Shown here: in pieces, positions 1-9,208 of the stretch | Layout of the letters: each line of letters starts with the position of its first letter | How positions within the stretch are numbered: the stretch's first letter is position 1 | DNA from: Dickeya dadantii NCPPB 898 | GTDB taxonomy: Bacteria; Pseudomonadota; Gammaproteobacteria; Enterobacterales; Enterobacteriaceae | DNA length: 32,000 nucleotides | Direction: 5' to 3' | Assembly (NCBI RefSeq): GCF_000406145.1 | Contig: NZ_CM001976.1 | Location: forward strand, 597,260 to 629,259 | Notes under the pieces: model-generated | What the model was told of the DNA's origin: nothing | Databases searched by the model: none | The model's input: only the letters and a program-made list of their open reading frames with translations | Program-made: the position numbers and the translations under genes

Positions 1-19
1 AGCCTTTGATCTTGAACAT
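1..19 (-). CDS. exuT: hexuronate transporter ExuT, first 6 codons only (gene runs off the left edge)
   Basis: Reverse strand reads ATG TTC AAG ATC AAA GGC = MFKIKG, with GGAGAG (nt 29-34) 9 nt upstream. E. coli ExuT starts MRKIKG and lies divergent from uxaC. Very short, so the call is mainly synteny-based. Confidence 0.35.
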
Positions 20-283
20 GTTAAATATCTCTCCGAGTTTAATTACCACAGCGGAACCTGTCATCGGTCTGCCGCGATAGGTGTAGACCACGCCGAAAGT
101 GACGGGGCGCTGCTGCGCCCCGGTCAAAGCCTGCGGGAGTTGCCGCCTGACCGGTTGCCCTGCCGCCGCAGGGCTGGCGGGCTGCGGCGGCGATCCCGCC
201 GCGCGCGTTATTGTTTTCCGGTGGAAATATCAACCTTGTTGACGTTATTGAGATTGAATCCCCTCATCAGGCAGCGCTACAAT

Positions 284-301
284 AATTTGTCATACCAATT
301 T
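284..301. promoter_or_regulatory. candidate ExuR/UxuR-type (GntR family) operator in the exuT-uxaC divergent region
   Basis: AATTTGTCATACCAATTT is an imperfect dyad (reverse strand AAATTGGTATGACAAATT) resembling the TTGGTATACCAA-type core recalled for ExuR/UxuR boxes. A related half-site AATTGGTGTGATATC lies at 468-482. Confidence 0.35.
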
Positions 302-498
302 AAAAGTTGAGTGATATCACAAAACCATTATTTTGATAGGGAATAAAATAAACAGGTCCACAAGAAGGGCTGTATGACGAGGTGAAAGCGTAAAAATGGT
401 GTGATGGGAAGCGATTTATGCCATTTTTGCGATCATGACCTCACTAATGATGTCAGTTATCGCGGATAATTGGTGTGATATCTTTGTAAGCGTGACCG

Positions 499-515
499 CA
501 TTTGGTTGGCAAATG
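499..515. promoter_or_regulatory. dyad CATTTGGTTGGCAAATG just upstream of the uxaC RBS (second candidate ExuR-type site)
   Basis: The outer 6 nt of each arm are perfectly complementary (CATTTG / CAAATG), with a TTGGTTGGCAA core. It sits 19 nt before the uxaC ATG. Confidence 0.3.
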
Positions 516-533
516 TAGTGTGAGGAAGCGAAC

Positions 534-1952
534 ATGCCCCAGTTTTTAAGTGAAGATTTTTTGTTGGATACCGAGTTTGCCCGTCGGCTGTACCATGAAT
601 TTGCAGCGGATCAGCCAATTTTTGATTACCACTGCCATTTACCGCCTGCGCAGATTGCCGAAAATTACCGCTTTAAAAACCTGTATGACATCTGGCTGAA
701 AGGCGACCATTACAAATGGCGTGCCATGCGCACCAACGGCGTACCGGAGCGTTTGTGTACCGGCGACGCCAGCGACTGGGAGAAATTCGAAGCCTGGGCC
801 GCCACCGTACCGCATACCATCGGCAACCCGCTGTATCATTGGACGCACCTGGAACTGCGCCGTCCGTTCGGCGTCACCGGTACCCTGCTGTCGCCGTCTA
901 CCGCTAAAGACATCTGGAACCGCACCAACGCCCTGCTGGAGCGTGACGAATTCACGGCGCGCGGCATCATGCAGCAGATGAACGTGAAAATGGTCGGCAC
1001 CACCGACGATCCGATCGACGACCTGCTGCATCACAAAGCGGTTGCCCAGGATAAAACCTTCTCTATCAAGGTGCTGCCGAGCTGGCGTCCTGACAAGGCA
1101 TTCAATATCGAACTGGCGACCTTTAACGACTACATGGCGAAGCTCGGCGAAGTGTCCGATACCGACATCCGTCGTTTCAGCGACCTGCAGGCGGCGCTGA
1201 CCAAGCGTCTGGACCACTTCGCCGCGCACGGCTGTAAAGTGTCCGACCACGCGCTGGACGTCGTGTTGTACGCCGATGCGGATGAAGCCACGCTGGATGG
1301 CATTCTGGCCCGTCGCCTGTCCGGCGCCACCCTGAACGAACACGAAGTGGCGCAGTTCAAAACCGCGGTGCTGGTATGGCTGGGCGCCGAATACGCGCGT
1401 CGCGGCTGGGTGCAGCAGTACCACATCGGCGCGCTGCGCAACAACAACCTGCGTCAGTTCAATCTGCTGGGGCCGGACGTGGGCTTCGATTCCATCAACG
1501 ACCGCCCGATGGCGCAGGAACTGTCCCGTCTGCTCAGCAAACAGAATGAAGAAAACCTGCTGCCGAAAACCATCCTGTACTGCCTGAACCCGCGTGATAA
1601 CGAAGTGCTGGGCACCATGATCGGTAACTTCCAGGGCGAAGGCATGCCGGGCAAGATGCAGTTCGGTTCCGGCTGGTGGTTTAACGACCAGAAAGACGGC
1701 ATGCAGCGTCAGATGACGCAGCTGGCGCAACTGGGCCTGCTGAGCCGTTTCGTCGGCATGCTGACCGACAGCCGCAGTTTCCTGTCCTACACCCGTCATG
1801 AGTACTTCCGCCGCATTCTGTGCCAGATGATCGGCCGCTGGGTGGAAGATGGCGAAGCGCCGGGCGACCTGCCGTTGCTGGGCGAGATGGTGAAAAATAT
1901 CTGTTTCGATAACGCCAAAAACTATTTCGGCATCGAGTTATACCAAAAATAA
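534..1952 (+). CDS. uxaC: uronate (glucuronate/galacturonate) isomerase
   Basis: 472-aa ORF, colinear end to end with recalled E. coli UxaC (470 aa). It has the DYHCHL metal-binding N-terminus and a GAGGAAG RBS upstream. Confidence 0.95.
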   Translation: MPQFLSEDFLLDTEFARRLYHEFAADQPIFDYHCHLPPAQIAENYRFKNLYDIWLKGDHYKWRAMRTNGVPERLCTGDASDWEKFEAWAATVPHTIGNPLYHWTHLELRRPFGVTGTLLSPSTAKDIWNRTNALLERDEFTARGIMQQMNVKMVGTTDDPIDDLLHHKAVAQDKTFSIKVLPSWRPDKAFNIELATFNDYMAKLGEVSDTDIRRFSDLQAALTKRLDHFAAHGCKVSDHALDVVLYADADEATLDGILARRLSGATLNEHEVAQFKTAVLVWLGAEYARRGWVQQYHIGALRNNNLRQFNLLGPDVGFDSINDRPMAQELSRLLSKQNEENLLPKTILYCLNPRDNEVLGTMIGNFQGEGMPGKMQFGSGWWFNDQKDGMQRQMTQLAQLGLLSRFVGMLTDSRSFLSYTRHEYFRRILCQMIGRWVEDGEAPGDLPLLGEMVKNICFDNAKNYFGIELYQK

Positions 1953-1954
1953 TT

Positions 1955-2065
1955 CGAGTTGCAGGAAGGCGGCAACCGAGGGAATCCCCGGGAGCTTACA
2001 TCAGTAAGTGACCGGGGTGAGTAAGGGCAGCCAACATACCTGCAACTTGAAGTATGACGGGTATA
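1955..2065. repeat. ERIC (enterobacterial repetitive intergenic consensus / IRU) element
   Basis: Core GAATCCCCGGGAGCTTACATCAGTAAGTGACCGGGGTGAGT matches the ERIC central inverted repeat. Outer arms AGTTGCAGG (1957-1965) and CCTGCAACT (2039-2047) pair. It starts 3 nt after the uxaC stop. Confidence 0.8.
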
Positions 2066-2246
2066 TAAGAAAAGGGAGGGCGGGCGCCGTCACGGGCCCG
2101 TCTGCCAATGTGTGATTTCGGGCTGGCGCAGGGTGCTGAATCCGCCGCCCTGACGCTGTCGTGCTGACCTGACGCTGTCGTAATGATCTTATGATTATAC
2201 CGACTGGCGTTTGTCCCGAAGTGTCGTGTTCTGAGGTAGCTTGTTA

Positions 2247-3698
2247 ATGCAAACGCTGAATCGTCGTGATTTTCCTGGCCGTCGTCACCCTGACCGCGTC
2301 ATCCAATTTGGCGAAGGCAATTTCCTTCGCGCCTTTATTGACTGGCAACTGGATCTGTTGAATGAACATACCGATCTGGATGCCGGCATTGTAGTGGTTC
2401 GTCCGATTGATACCGATTTCCCGCCCGCGCTGGATACCCAGGATGGGTTGTACACCACCATCATTCGCGGCCTGAACGAGCAGGGCGAAGCCGTACGCGA
2501 ACCGCGCCTGATCCGCTCCGTTAACCGTGAAATCAATGTTTACCGCCAGTTTGATGACTATCTGGCGCTGGCGCATGACGCCAATATCCGTTTCGTGTTT
2601 TCGAACACCACGGAAGCCGGCATCAGCTACCATGCTGACGATCGTCTGACCGACACGCCGCCAGCCAGCTTCCCGGCCAAGCTGACTCGTCTGTTGTTCG
2701 AACGTTTCAACCATTTTAACGGCGCCGCCGACAAAGGCTGGGTGCTGCTGCCGTGCGAGCTGATCGACTACAACGGCGAAAAACTGAAAGAGCTGGTGTT
2801 GCGTTACGCGGCGCAGTGGGAACTGCCGGCGGCGTTCACCGCCTGGCTGAACGAACACAATACCTTCTGTTCGACGCTGGTTGACCGCATCGTGACCGGT
2901 TACCCGCGCGCCGAAGTGGACGCGTTGCAGCAGGAACTGGGCTATCAGGACACCTTCCTGGATACCGCCGAGTACTTCTACCTGTTCGTGATTCAGGGGC
3001 CGCAATGGCTGGCGGAAGAACTGCGCCTCAACAAGCTGAAACTGAACGTGCGTATTGTCGACGACATTAAGCCGTACAAAGAACGCAAAGTGGCGATCCT
3101 CAACGGCGCGCATACCGCGCTGGTGCCGGTGGCATTCCTGGCCGGCCTGGATACCGTGGGCGAATCTCTGAACGATGCGCAGATCGGCAAGTTTGTCGAA
3201 ACCACCATCGCCGATGAGATCGTACCGGTGCTGGATCTGTCGCACGACGAGCTGGTGTCGTTCGCTCAGGCGGTGCTGAGCCGTTTCAGAAACCCGTTCA
3301 TTCAGCACCAGCTGTTGTCCATTGCCCTGAACGGCATGACCAAATTCCGTACCCGCATCCTGCCGCAGCTGTTGACCTACCGCGAACGCCACGGCGCCTT
3401 GCCGAAACGCCTGACCTTCGCGCTGGCGGCGCTGATCGCGTTCTATCGCGGCGAGCGCAACGGCGACGGCTACCCGCTGCAGGACGACGCCCACTGGCTG
3501 GAGCGTTACGAAGTGCTGTGGGGCGGCGTGCGTGCCGGCACCACGTCGCTGGCGCAGGTAGTGAACGCGGTGCTGGGCGATGCGGAACACTGGGAGCAGG
3601 ATTTGACGCTGGTGCCCGGTCTGGCGGCGCTGGTCACCGAACAACTGCAACCTATCGTTGAGCGCGGCATGCGTGACGCGGTGGCGGGTTATTGCTAA
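2247..3698 (+). CDS. uxaB: altronate oxidoreductase (tagaturonate reductase)
   Basis: Start taken at ATG 2247 (MQTLNRRDF; E. coli UxaB starts MKTLNRRDF), giving 483 aa, the same length as E. coli UxaB. High similarity along the whole length. The ORF-track start at 2241 is a TTG. Confidence 0.95.
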   Translation: MQTLNRRDFPGRRHPDRVIQFGEGNFLRAFIDWQLDLLNEHTDLDAGIVVVRPIDTDFPPALDTQDGLYTTIIRGLNEQGEAVREPRLIRSVNREINVYRQFDDYLALAHDANIRFVFSNTTEAGISYHADDRLTDTPPASFPAKLTRLLFERFNHFNGAADKGWVLLPCELIDYNGEKLKELVLRYAAQWELPAAFTAWLNEHNTFCSTLVDRIVTGYPRAEVDALQQELGYQDTFLDTAEYFYLFVIQGPQWLAEELRLNKLKLNVRIVDDIKPYKERKVAILNGAHTALVPVAFLAGLDTVGESLNDAQIGKFVETTIADEIVPVLDLSHDELVSFAQAVLSRFRNPFIQHQLLSIALNGMTKFRTRILPQLLTYRERHGALPKRLTFALAALIAFYRGERNGDGYPLQDDAHWLERYEVLWGGVRAGTTSLAQVVNAVLGDAEHWEQDLTLVPGLAALVTEQLQPIVERGMRDAVAGYC

Positions 3699-3715
3699 TC
3701 GCATAAGGTTTATCC

Positions 3716-5206
3716 ATGCAGAGCATCATCAAGATTCATTCGTTGGACAATGTCGCCGTCGCCCTGCGCGATCTGGCGCAGGATGAAACGGTGTCGGTTG
3801 GCGATATCTCCCTGACGTTGCCGCAGGCGGTGGCGCGTGGGCATAAGTTCGCCCTCAAGCCGATTGCGCCCGGCGAGATGATCGTCAAGTACGGGCTGCC
3901 CATCGGCCACGCGCTGGTCGCCATCGCGTCCGGCGAGCACATCCACTCGCAGAACGCCAAAACCAACCTGAGCGATCTGGATCAGTACCAGTACCAGCCG
4001 GAGTTCATCGAACTGCCGGCGCAGGTGGCGGATCGCGGAGTAGAGATCTATCGTCGCAAAAACGGCGACGTCGGGATTCGCAATGAACTGTGGATCCTGC
4101 CGACCGTCGGTTGCGTCAACGGCATCGCCCGCCAGATCCAGCAGCGTTTCCTCAAAGAAACTAACGATGCGGAAGGTATCGACGGCGTTTATCTGTTCAC
4201 TCATCCGTTCGGTTGTTCCCAACTGGGGCAGGACCACGAAAACACCCGCACCATGTTGCAGAACATGGTGCGCCACCCGAACGCCGGGGCGGTGCTGGTC
4301 ATCGGTCTGGGGTGTGAGAACAATCAGGTGTCCGCATTCCGCGACACGCTGGGCGAGTTCGACGCCGATCGCGTCGACTTCATGATCTGCCAGCAGCAGG
4401 AAGATGAAGTGGAAGCCGGTCTGGAACGGCTGCACCAGCTGTATCAGGTGATGCGCGACGATAGGCGCGTGCCGGGCAAACTCAGCGAGCTGAAGTTTGG
4501 TCTGGAGTGCGGTGGTTCGGACGGCCTGTCCGGCATTACCGCCAACCCGCTGCTGGGGCGTTTCTCGGATTACCTCATCGCCAACGGCGGCACCACCGTG
4601 CTGACCGAGGTGCCGGAAATGTTCGGCGCCGAACGCATCCTGATGAGCCGCTGCCGCGACGAGGCCACATTCGAGAAAACCGTGCATATGGTCAATGATT
4701 TCAAACAGTATTTCATTGAACATAACCAGCCGATTTACGAGAACCCGTCGCCGGGCAACAAAGCGGGCGGCATCACCACGCTGGAGGAGAAATCCCTCGG
4801 TTGCACCCAGAAAGCGGGGCAGAGCCAGGTGGTGGACGTGCTCAAGTATGGCGAACGCCTGCATACGCCGGGGCTGAACCTGCTGAGCGCGCCGGGCAAC
4901 GATGCGGTGGCCACCAGCGCGCTGGCGGGCGCCGGCTGTCACATGGTGCTGTTCAGTACCGGTCGCGGTACGCCTTACGGCGGCTTTGTGCCGACGGTGA
5001 AGCTGGCGACCAACACCGAACTGGCGCAAAAGAAACCGCACTGGATCGACTTTGACGCCGGTCGTCTGATTCACGGCATGTCGATGGACGAGCTGCTGTC
5101 GCAGTTTGTCGATCTGATCGTCGAGATCGCCAACGGTAAACAGGCGAAAAACGAGATCAACGACTTCCGCGAGCTGGCGATATTTAAAAGCGGCGTGACC
5201 TTGTAA
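3716..5206 (+). CDS. uxaA: altronate dehydratase (altronate hydrolase)
   Basis: 496 aa, colinear with recalled E. coli UxaA (495 aa). N-terminal SAF-like segment IKIHSLDNVAVAL and C-terminal ...RELAIFKSGVTL are identical in style to the E. coli protein. Confidence 0.95.
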   Translation: MQSIIKIHSLDNVAVALRDLAQDETVSVGDISLTLPQAVARGHKFALKPIAPGEMIVKYGLPIGHALVAIASGEHIHSQNAKTNLSDLDQYQYQPEFIELPAQVADRGVEIYRRKNGDVGIRNELWILPTVGCVNGIARQIQQRFLKETNDAEGIDGVYLFTHPFGCSQLGQDHENTRTMLQNMVRHPNAGAVLVIGLGCENNQVSAFRDTLGEFDADRVDFMICQQQEDEVEAGLERLHQLYQVMRDDRRVPGKLSELKFGLECGGSDGLSGITANPLLGRFSDYLIANGGTTVLTEVPEMFGAERILMSRCRDEATFEKTVHMVNDFKQYFIEHNQPIYENPSPGNKAGGITTLEEKSLGCTQKAGQSQVVDVLKYGERLHTPGLNLLSAPGNDAVATSALAGAGCHMVLFSTGRGTPYGGFVPTVKLATNTELAQKKPHWIDFDAGRLIHGMSMDELLSQFVDLIVEIANGKQAKNEINDFRELAIFKSGVTL

Positions 5207-5275
5207 AGCGGATCGTAATAAACCCGATCGTTATCGACTCGGGCGTTGTAAATCCAAACGATTCCAAATAAAATA

Positions 5276-5309
5276 AAACGGCGTTTCATTATTATGAGCG
5301 CCGTTTTTT
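5276..5309 (+). terminator. putative intrinsic terminator after uxaA
   Basis: ACGGCG (5278-5283) pairs with CGCCGT (5299-5304) and is followed by a T-run (5304-5309). The loop is long (15 nt), so confidence is moderate. Confidence 0.45.
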
Positions 5310-5341
5310 CGTAATTGCGCTTTTAAGGCAGGGAAGGGATC

Positions 5342-5887
5342 ATGACATCTTACGTGTTTGCTCAGGCAGTTGGCGTACTGGCCTTTCTGGTCGGTATCAC
5401 CATGTTTTTCAACCGCAGTGAAAAGAAATTTAAAATCCAGCTCTCCGCCTACAGCGCGGTTATCGCCTGTCACTTCTTCCTGATGGGGGCGAACGCGGCC
5501 AGCATGAGCGCCATGCTGAACTCGGGTCGTACCCTGATCACCCTGAAAACCAACAATACCGCGGTGATGTTCGTGTTTATTATCCTGACGCTGGCGCTGG
5601 GTCTGCCGGGCGTGAAACACCCGATGGAATTGTTGCCGATCATCGGCACCGTGTGCAGCACCTGGGCGCTATTCCGGGCGCATGGATTGGCGATGCGCGG
5701 CATTATCTGGTGTTCAACCTCATTGTGGGTGATGCATAACATCTGGCTGGGGTCGATCGGCGGGTCGCTGATTGAAGCCAGCTTTCTGGTGATGAACGGA
5801 TACAACATCGTTCGTTTCTGGCGTATGCAGCGTAACGGCATTGACCCGTTCAAGATGGATGAGCATTCGTCGACCAAGAGCGCCTGA
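5342..5887 (+). CDS. ygjV: YgjV family inner-membrane protein
   Basis: 181-aa polytopic hydrophobic ORF in the same position (next to uxaA) and of similar length to E. coli YgjV (183 aa). RBS GGGAAGGGA upstream. Confidence 0.8.
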   Translation: MTSYVFAQAVGVLAFLVGITMFFNRSEKKFKIQLSAYSAVIACHFFLMGANAASMSAMLNSGRTLITLKTNNTAVMFVFIILTLALGLPGVKHPMELLPIIGTVCSTWALFRAHGLAMRGIIWCSTSLWVMHNIWLGSIGGSLIEASFLVMNGYNIVRFWRMQRNGIDPFKMDEHSSTKSA

Positions 5888-5893
5888 GAAAAG

Positions 5894-5912
5894 AGCCCCG
5901 CGTTGCGGGGCT
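5894..5912. terminator. bidirectional hairpin between convergent ygjV and alx
   Basis: AGCCCCGC-GTT-GCGGGGCT gives an 8-bp GC stem. On the minus strand it is followed by CTTTTCTC (a good fit for alx). The U-tract on the plus strand is weaker. Confidence 0.6.
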
Positions 5913-5932
5913 TGCGTTAGCAGACGATGGAA

Positions 5933-6886
5933 TCAGCGCCCGGCGCGGCGATTCACCCAGATGTTGATCAGGATGGTGACCAGCAGGATCGCGGCCACCA
6001 CGCTGAGCGAAATGGCGACCGGAATGTGGAACAGATCGATCAGCATCATCTTGATGCCGATAAAGATGAGGATCACCGCCAGCCCGTATTTCAGCATCGA
6101 GAACTTCTGCGCCACGCCCGCCAGCAGGAAATACATGGCGCGCAGCCCCAGAATGGCGAACAGGTTTGACGTCAGCACGATGAACGGGTCGGTGGTGACG
6201 GCGAAAATGGCCGGGATGCTGTCTACCGCGAAGATCACGTCGCTGATTTCCACCATCACCAGCACCAGGAACAGCGGCGTGGCGTACCACAGGCCGTTCT
6301 GGCGAATAAAAAAGTGCTCGCCTTGCAGGTTGTCGGTCATCCGCAGGTGGCTGCGCAGCCAGCGGACCACCGGTTTATCGCCGATGGCGGTGTCGTCCGC
6401 TTTAGCCAGCGCCATTTTGAGGCCGGTGAGCAGCAGGAACGCGCCAAACAGATACAGCAGCCACTGGAACTGGGAAACCAGCCAGCTACCGGCGAACACC
6501 ATGATAGTACGCAGTACGATAGCCCCCAGTACGCCGTAAATCAGCACCCGGCGCTGGTACTGGGCGGGGATGGCGAAATAGCTGAACAGCATCAGCCAGA
6601 CGAACACGTTGTCGACGGCCAGCGCTTTTTCGATCAGATAACCGGTAAAGAACGCCAGCGCCTGAGCATCCGCCACCTCACGGCCCGCGGTGCCGGTGAG
6701 ATACCACCAAAAAACGGCGTTGAACAGTATTGAGAGCGTGACCCAAACCAGCGACCAGACGGCGGCCTGCCGGAAAGTCATCACCGTAGAACCTTTCTTG
6801 CCCTGATAAAACAGGTCAATGGCCAACATAACCACCACAATGATTGCGAAGCTGCCCCACATCAGGGGGGTACCTATAGTTACCAT
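5933..6886 (-). CDS. alx: TerC-family membrane protein Alx (putative Mn2+/redox-modulated exporter)
   Basis: 317 aa, colinear with recalled E. coli Alx/YgjT (321 aa): [21 protein letters not shown]..., [32 protein letters not shown]. Confidence 0.9.
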   Translation of the reverse strand: MVTIGTPLMWGSFAIIVVVMLAIDLFYQGKKGSTVMTFRQAAVWSLVWVTLSILFNAVFWWYLTGTAGREVADAQALAFFTGYLIEKALAVDNVFVWLMLFSYFAIPAQYQRRVLIYGVLGAIVLRTIMVFAGSWLVSQFQWLLYLFGAFLLLTGLKMALAKADDTAIGDKPVVRWLRSHLRMTDNLQGEHFFIRQNGLWYATPLFLVLVMVEISDVIFAVDSIPAIFAVTTDPFIVLTSNLFAILGLRAMYFLLAGVAQKFSMLKYGLAVILIFIGIKMMLIDLFHIPVAISLSVVAAILLVTILINIWVNRRAGR

Positions 6887-6940
6887 AACAGTATCCCTCA
6901 GAGCCTATCCCGTTAGGGCGATGTCATCGGCTCTTGGTCA

Positions 6941-6979
6941 GAAAACAAAACGGCCTGTGTCAGAAGGCACAGGCCGTTT
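6941..6979 (-). terminator. terminator-like attenuator hairpin in the alx leader
   Basis: Perfect 12-bp stem (6948-6959 with 6968-6979) and an 8-nt loop. On the minus strand it is followed by TTTTGTTTTC. It lies between the riboswitch aptamer and the alx start. Confidence 0.55.
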
Positions 6980-7010
6980 GCTATTACGCTGCAAATAGAC
7001 CTCGCCTTCT

Positions 7011-7120
7011 GGCAAGGTCTCACTTACAACTTAATGCGGATAACGTCATTAGGTTGCCTGGTAACCGAGTGCGGCTGCACTGTAATGGCGATTGACCAGC
7101 GAAAAGTTACTCCCCTTTGC
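7011..7120 (-). promoter_or_regulatory. yybP-ykoY (Mn2+-sensing) riboswitch aptamer, alx leader (SraF/PRE equivalent)
   Basis: The minus strand reads GCAAAGGGGAGTAAC at the 5' end and GTGAGACCTTGCC at the 3' end. These are the conserved GGGGAGUA and GAGACC motifs with P1 pairing, placed immediately upstream of alx as in E. coli. Confidence 0.75.
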
Positions 7121-7127
7121 AAAATCA

Positions 7128-7156
7128 AAGATAGGATAGTTCCTGTACAGGGTCAA
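7128..7156 (-). promoter_or_regulatory. candidate sigma70 promoter for the alx leader
   Basis: Minus strand TTGACC (7156-7151), 17-nt spacer, TATCTT (7133-7128). The predicted start falls a few nt before the GGGGAGTA motif. Confidence 0.4.
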
Positions 7157-7336
7157 ACAATTCCGCTTGCCGTAGCGCAGGCGCGCCGCGGTGTGATGGC
7201 GGCGCGGCTATGCAGCAGATTAGCGGGTAGACAGGCTGCCAGCATGAAGAACTAGCCGAGGCCGGCAGGAAAAGCATTTACTGCGACGCCGTTTTAAGGG
7301 ATAAACAGCGCCAGATTTTGTATTGCAGGAGAGGCC

Positions 7337-8509
7337 ATGAGCCAACTTTTTCTGGAAACACATCACCTGACGCTGGTCCGCTATCCGCAGTCTGAACGCG
7401 AGTCACCGTTGCAGGCATGGGAAGCGGCGGATGAATATCTGCTGCGGGAGCTGGCCGCGATGCCGATCGGGCCCGGTCCCCGGTTGATTTTCAACGACGC
7501 GTTCGGGGCGTTGGCCTGTGGCTTACAGGCGCAGGCGCCCTGTGGCATCAGCGATTCGTACCTCAGCCAGTTGGCGACCCGGCATAATCTGTCGCTCAAT
7601 GGATTCGCACCGGAGTCGGTCACCCTGCTGGACAGCCTGGCGCCGTTGCCGGACGCGCCGGCGCTGGTGGTGTTGAAAGTGCCGAAAACGCTGGCGCTGC
7701 TGGAGCATCAGTTACGCCAGCTGCGCGCGGTGGTGACGCCGCAAACGGTGGTGATCGCCGGTGCGAAAGCGCGTGACATTCATACCTCCACGCTGCAACT
7801 GTTTGAACAGATTCTGGGGCCGACTCGTACCTCGCTGGCCTGGAAAAAGGCCCGGCTGATTCACTGCCAGTCGGAACCGCGCGCTATTGACGAACAACCG
7901 CGCGCTATCGACGAACCGCCGCAGATGTCGGTCTGGACGCTGGACGGCGCCGATTCCCCTGTCCACAACTACCGTATCCACAATTACGCCAATGTGTTTG
8001 CCCGCAGTGGGCTGGATATCGGCGCCCGTTTTTTCATGCAGCATTTGCCGCAGCAGCTGGACGGCAAGATTGTCGATCTGGGCTGCGGCAACGGCGTCAT
8101 CGGTCTGACCGCGCTGGCGCTGAACCCGCAGGCCTATGTCAGCTTTTTCGACGAGTCCTATATGGCGGTGGCGTCAAGTCAGCGCAATGTGGAAGTCAAC
8201 CGGCCGCAGGATATGGCGCGCAGCAGTTTTGTGGTGAACCATGCGCTGGCGGGTGTCGGGCAGGACAGCCAGCAGGCGGTGCTGTGTAATCCGCCGTTCC
8301 ATCAGCAACAGGCGATTACCGATGATATCGCCTGGCAGATGTTTCTCGATGCGCGCCGTTGTCTGGCAGTTGGCGGCGAGTTGCGGATCGTTGGCAATCG
8401 CCATCTGGACTACTTCCACAAGCTGAAGCGGCTGTTTGGCAATTGCGAAAACGTCGCCAGCAATGCGAAGTTTGTCGTGCTGCGTGCGGTAAAAACCCGT
8501 AGCCGCTAG
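7337..8509 (+). CDS. rlmG: 23S rRNA (guanine1835-N2)-methyltransferase
   Basis: 390 aa, colinear with recalled E. coli RlmG/YgjO (378 aa): [41 protein letters not shown] motif, NPPFHQQ catalytic motif. Confidence 0.9.
   Translation: MSQLFLETHHLTLVRYPQSERESPLQAWEAADEYLLRELAAMPIGPGPRLIFNDAFGALACGLQAQAPCGISDSYLSQLATRHNLSLNGFAPESVTLLDSLAPLPDAPALVVLKVPKTLALLEHQLRQLRAVVTPQTVVIAGAKARDIHTSTLQLFEQILGPTRTSLAWKKARLIHCQSEPRAIDEQPRAIDEPPQMSVWTLDGADSPVHNYRIHNYANVFARSGLDIGARFFMQHLPQQLDGKIVDLGCGNGVIGLTALALNPQAYVSFFDESYMAVASSQRNVEVNRPQDMARSSFVVNHALAGVGQDSQQAVLCNPPFHQQQAITDDIAWQMFLDARRCLAVGGELRIVGNRHLDYFHKLKRLFGNCENVASNAKFVVLRAVKTRSR
7874..7915 (+). repeat. in-frame 21-bp tandem duplication inside rlmG ([14 protein letters not shown])
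   Basis: GAACCGCGCGCTATTGACGAA / CAACCGCGCGCTATCGACGAA are 19/21 identical. The repeat sits in the inter-domain linker where E. coli has a shorter sequence. Confidence 0.9.
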
Positions 8510-8530
8510 GCGGTTTGCCCCGCGCGGCAT

Positions 8531-8559
8531 TTGTTGTCGCGCGGGACTGTCATTATAAT
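8531..8559 (+). promoter_or_regulatory. candidate sigma70 promoter for the 98-aa ORF
   Basis: TTGTTG (8531-8536), 17-nt spacer, perfect TATAAT (8554-8559). It partly overlaps a hairpin CCCGCGCG...CGCGCGGG downstream of rlmG. Confidence 0.35.
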
Positions 8560-8602
8560 CCGCAGGTTGTGTCAGCGAAGGTAAGTCAGCGAAGGAAACC
8601 TT

Positions 8603-8899
8603 ATGTGTATCGAAGAGTTGGAAGCACGGTTAGACAGCGCGCTGCAGGCGTTGGAAGACAGTGTTAGCCGACAGCAACAGATCTGGCAGCGCGATTATCA
8701 GCAGCTTCATTTGCAACTGGCGCAGGCTCGCCAGCGCGAAGCGGATTTGTGCGCAAGAATCAATGAGCTGGTTACCCGGGTCAACATGATGGATGAATCC
8801 CCCGAGCGCAATCCGTTGCTGCAGAAAATCAATCTGATCCGTGCCCACCTTGATGCGCTGGCTAAAGAAGCCGCTGCGTTTTATCGTTCTCTGCCCTGA
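8603..8899 (+). CDS. hypothetical small coiled-coil protein (98 aa)
   Basis: ATG preceded by AAGGAA. The Q/L/E/R-rich heptad-like sequence (LEARLDSALQALEDSV..., LHLQLAQARQREADL) has no signal peptide or TM segment. I do not recognise the family. Confidence 0.55.
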   Translation: MCIEELEARLDSALQALEDSVSRQQQIWQRDYQQLHLQLAQARQREADLCARINELVTRVNMMDESPERNPLLQKINLIRAHLDALAKEAAAFYRSLP

Positions 8900-9208
8900 C
8901 GATCGGTCAGGGCCAATTTATTTTATTTTCGGTATTATTATTCGAGTTAATTATATTCTTTTTTTATTTTACCCTTCAGATATTGATATTTAATTTATAA
9001 TTTAATTTCCTTTTTTTATTTGTCTTTTTTCTGTTTGTTTTATTTAAAGAAATTATATTGGCCGTTGTGTGGAGGGTGAAACAATACCTAAATAATGAGA
9101 GTAATAAATGCCTATTGTAGGGTGAATATGTCTGAAGCATCAGGCGAGAAAAAAGAGAATCCCTCTCTTTTTATTTATTCATTCATCTATTTCTACAGGA
9201 GCATTATT

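Noticed and set aside
39-233. 64-aa ORF in the exuT-uxaC spacer
   Set aside because: It has an Ala/Gly/Arg-rich translation and is produced by the GC-rich hairpin region (101-190). It has no RBS and overlaps a regulatory spacer. The real minus-strand start appears to be the MFKIKG ATG at nt 19.
311-320. Palindrome GTGATATCAC as a CRP site in the exuT-uxaC spacer
   Set aside because: The half-sites are separated by 0-2 nt rather than the 6 nt of TGTGA-N6-TCACA, so it does not fit CRP geometry. It may be another protein's site, but I cannot assign it.
639-1799. 386-aa ORF antisense to uxaC
   Set aside because: It lies entirely inside, and opposite to, a gene with full-length homology to UxaC. 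The Arg/Gly/Val/Gln-rich low-complexity translation is typical of the antisense frame of GC-rich, codon-biased genes.
2244-3704. 486-aa ORF antisense to uxaB, with a 454-aa one at 3710-5074 antisense to uxaA
   Set aside because: Each mirrors a well-supported gene almost codon for codon and has no RBS or recognisable domains. The composition is the antisense-frame artefact.
5841-6539. 232-aa ORF antisense to alx, and the similar antisense ORFs 12722-13330 and 13391-14014 (opposite uhpC), 14848-15348 (opposite uhpT) and 9470-10129 (opposite pnl)
   Set aside because: All are opposite strongly supported genes. Their translations are Arg/Ser/Pro-rich with no motifs.
9095-9208. 38-codon N-terminal extension of the pectin lyase ORF
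   Set aside because: The extension lies in the AT-rich tract, encodes no signal peptide and has no RBS. The ATG at 9209 has AGGAG at the correct spacing and gives the MAYPTT N-terminus recalled for PnlA.
8900-9208. LexA (SOS) box upstream of the DNA-damage-inducible pectin lyase
   Set aside because: CTGTTTGTTTTATTTA begins like a LexA half-site, but there is no ACAG half at the required 8-nt spacing. No CTGT-N8-ACAG occurs in the region.
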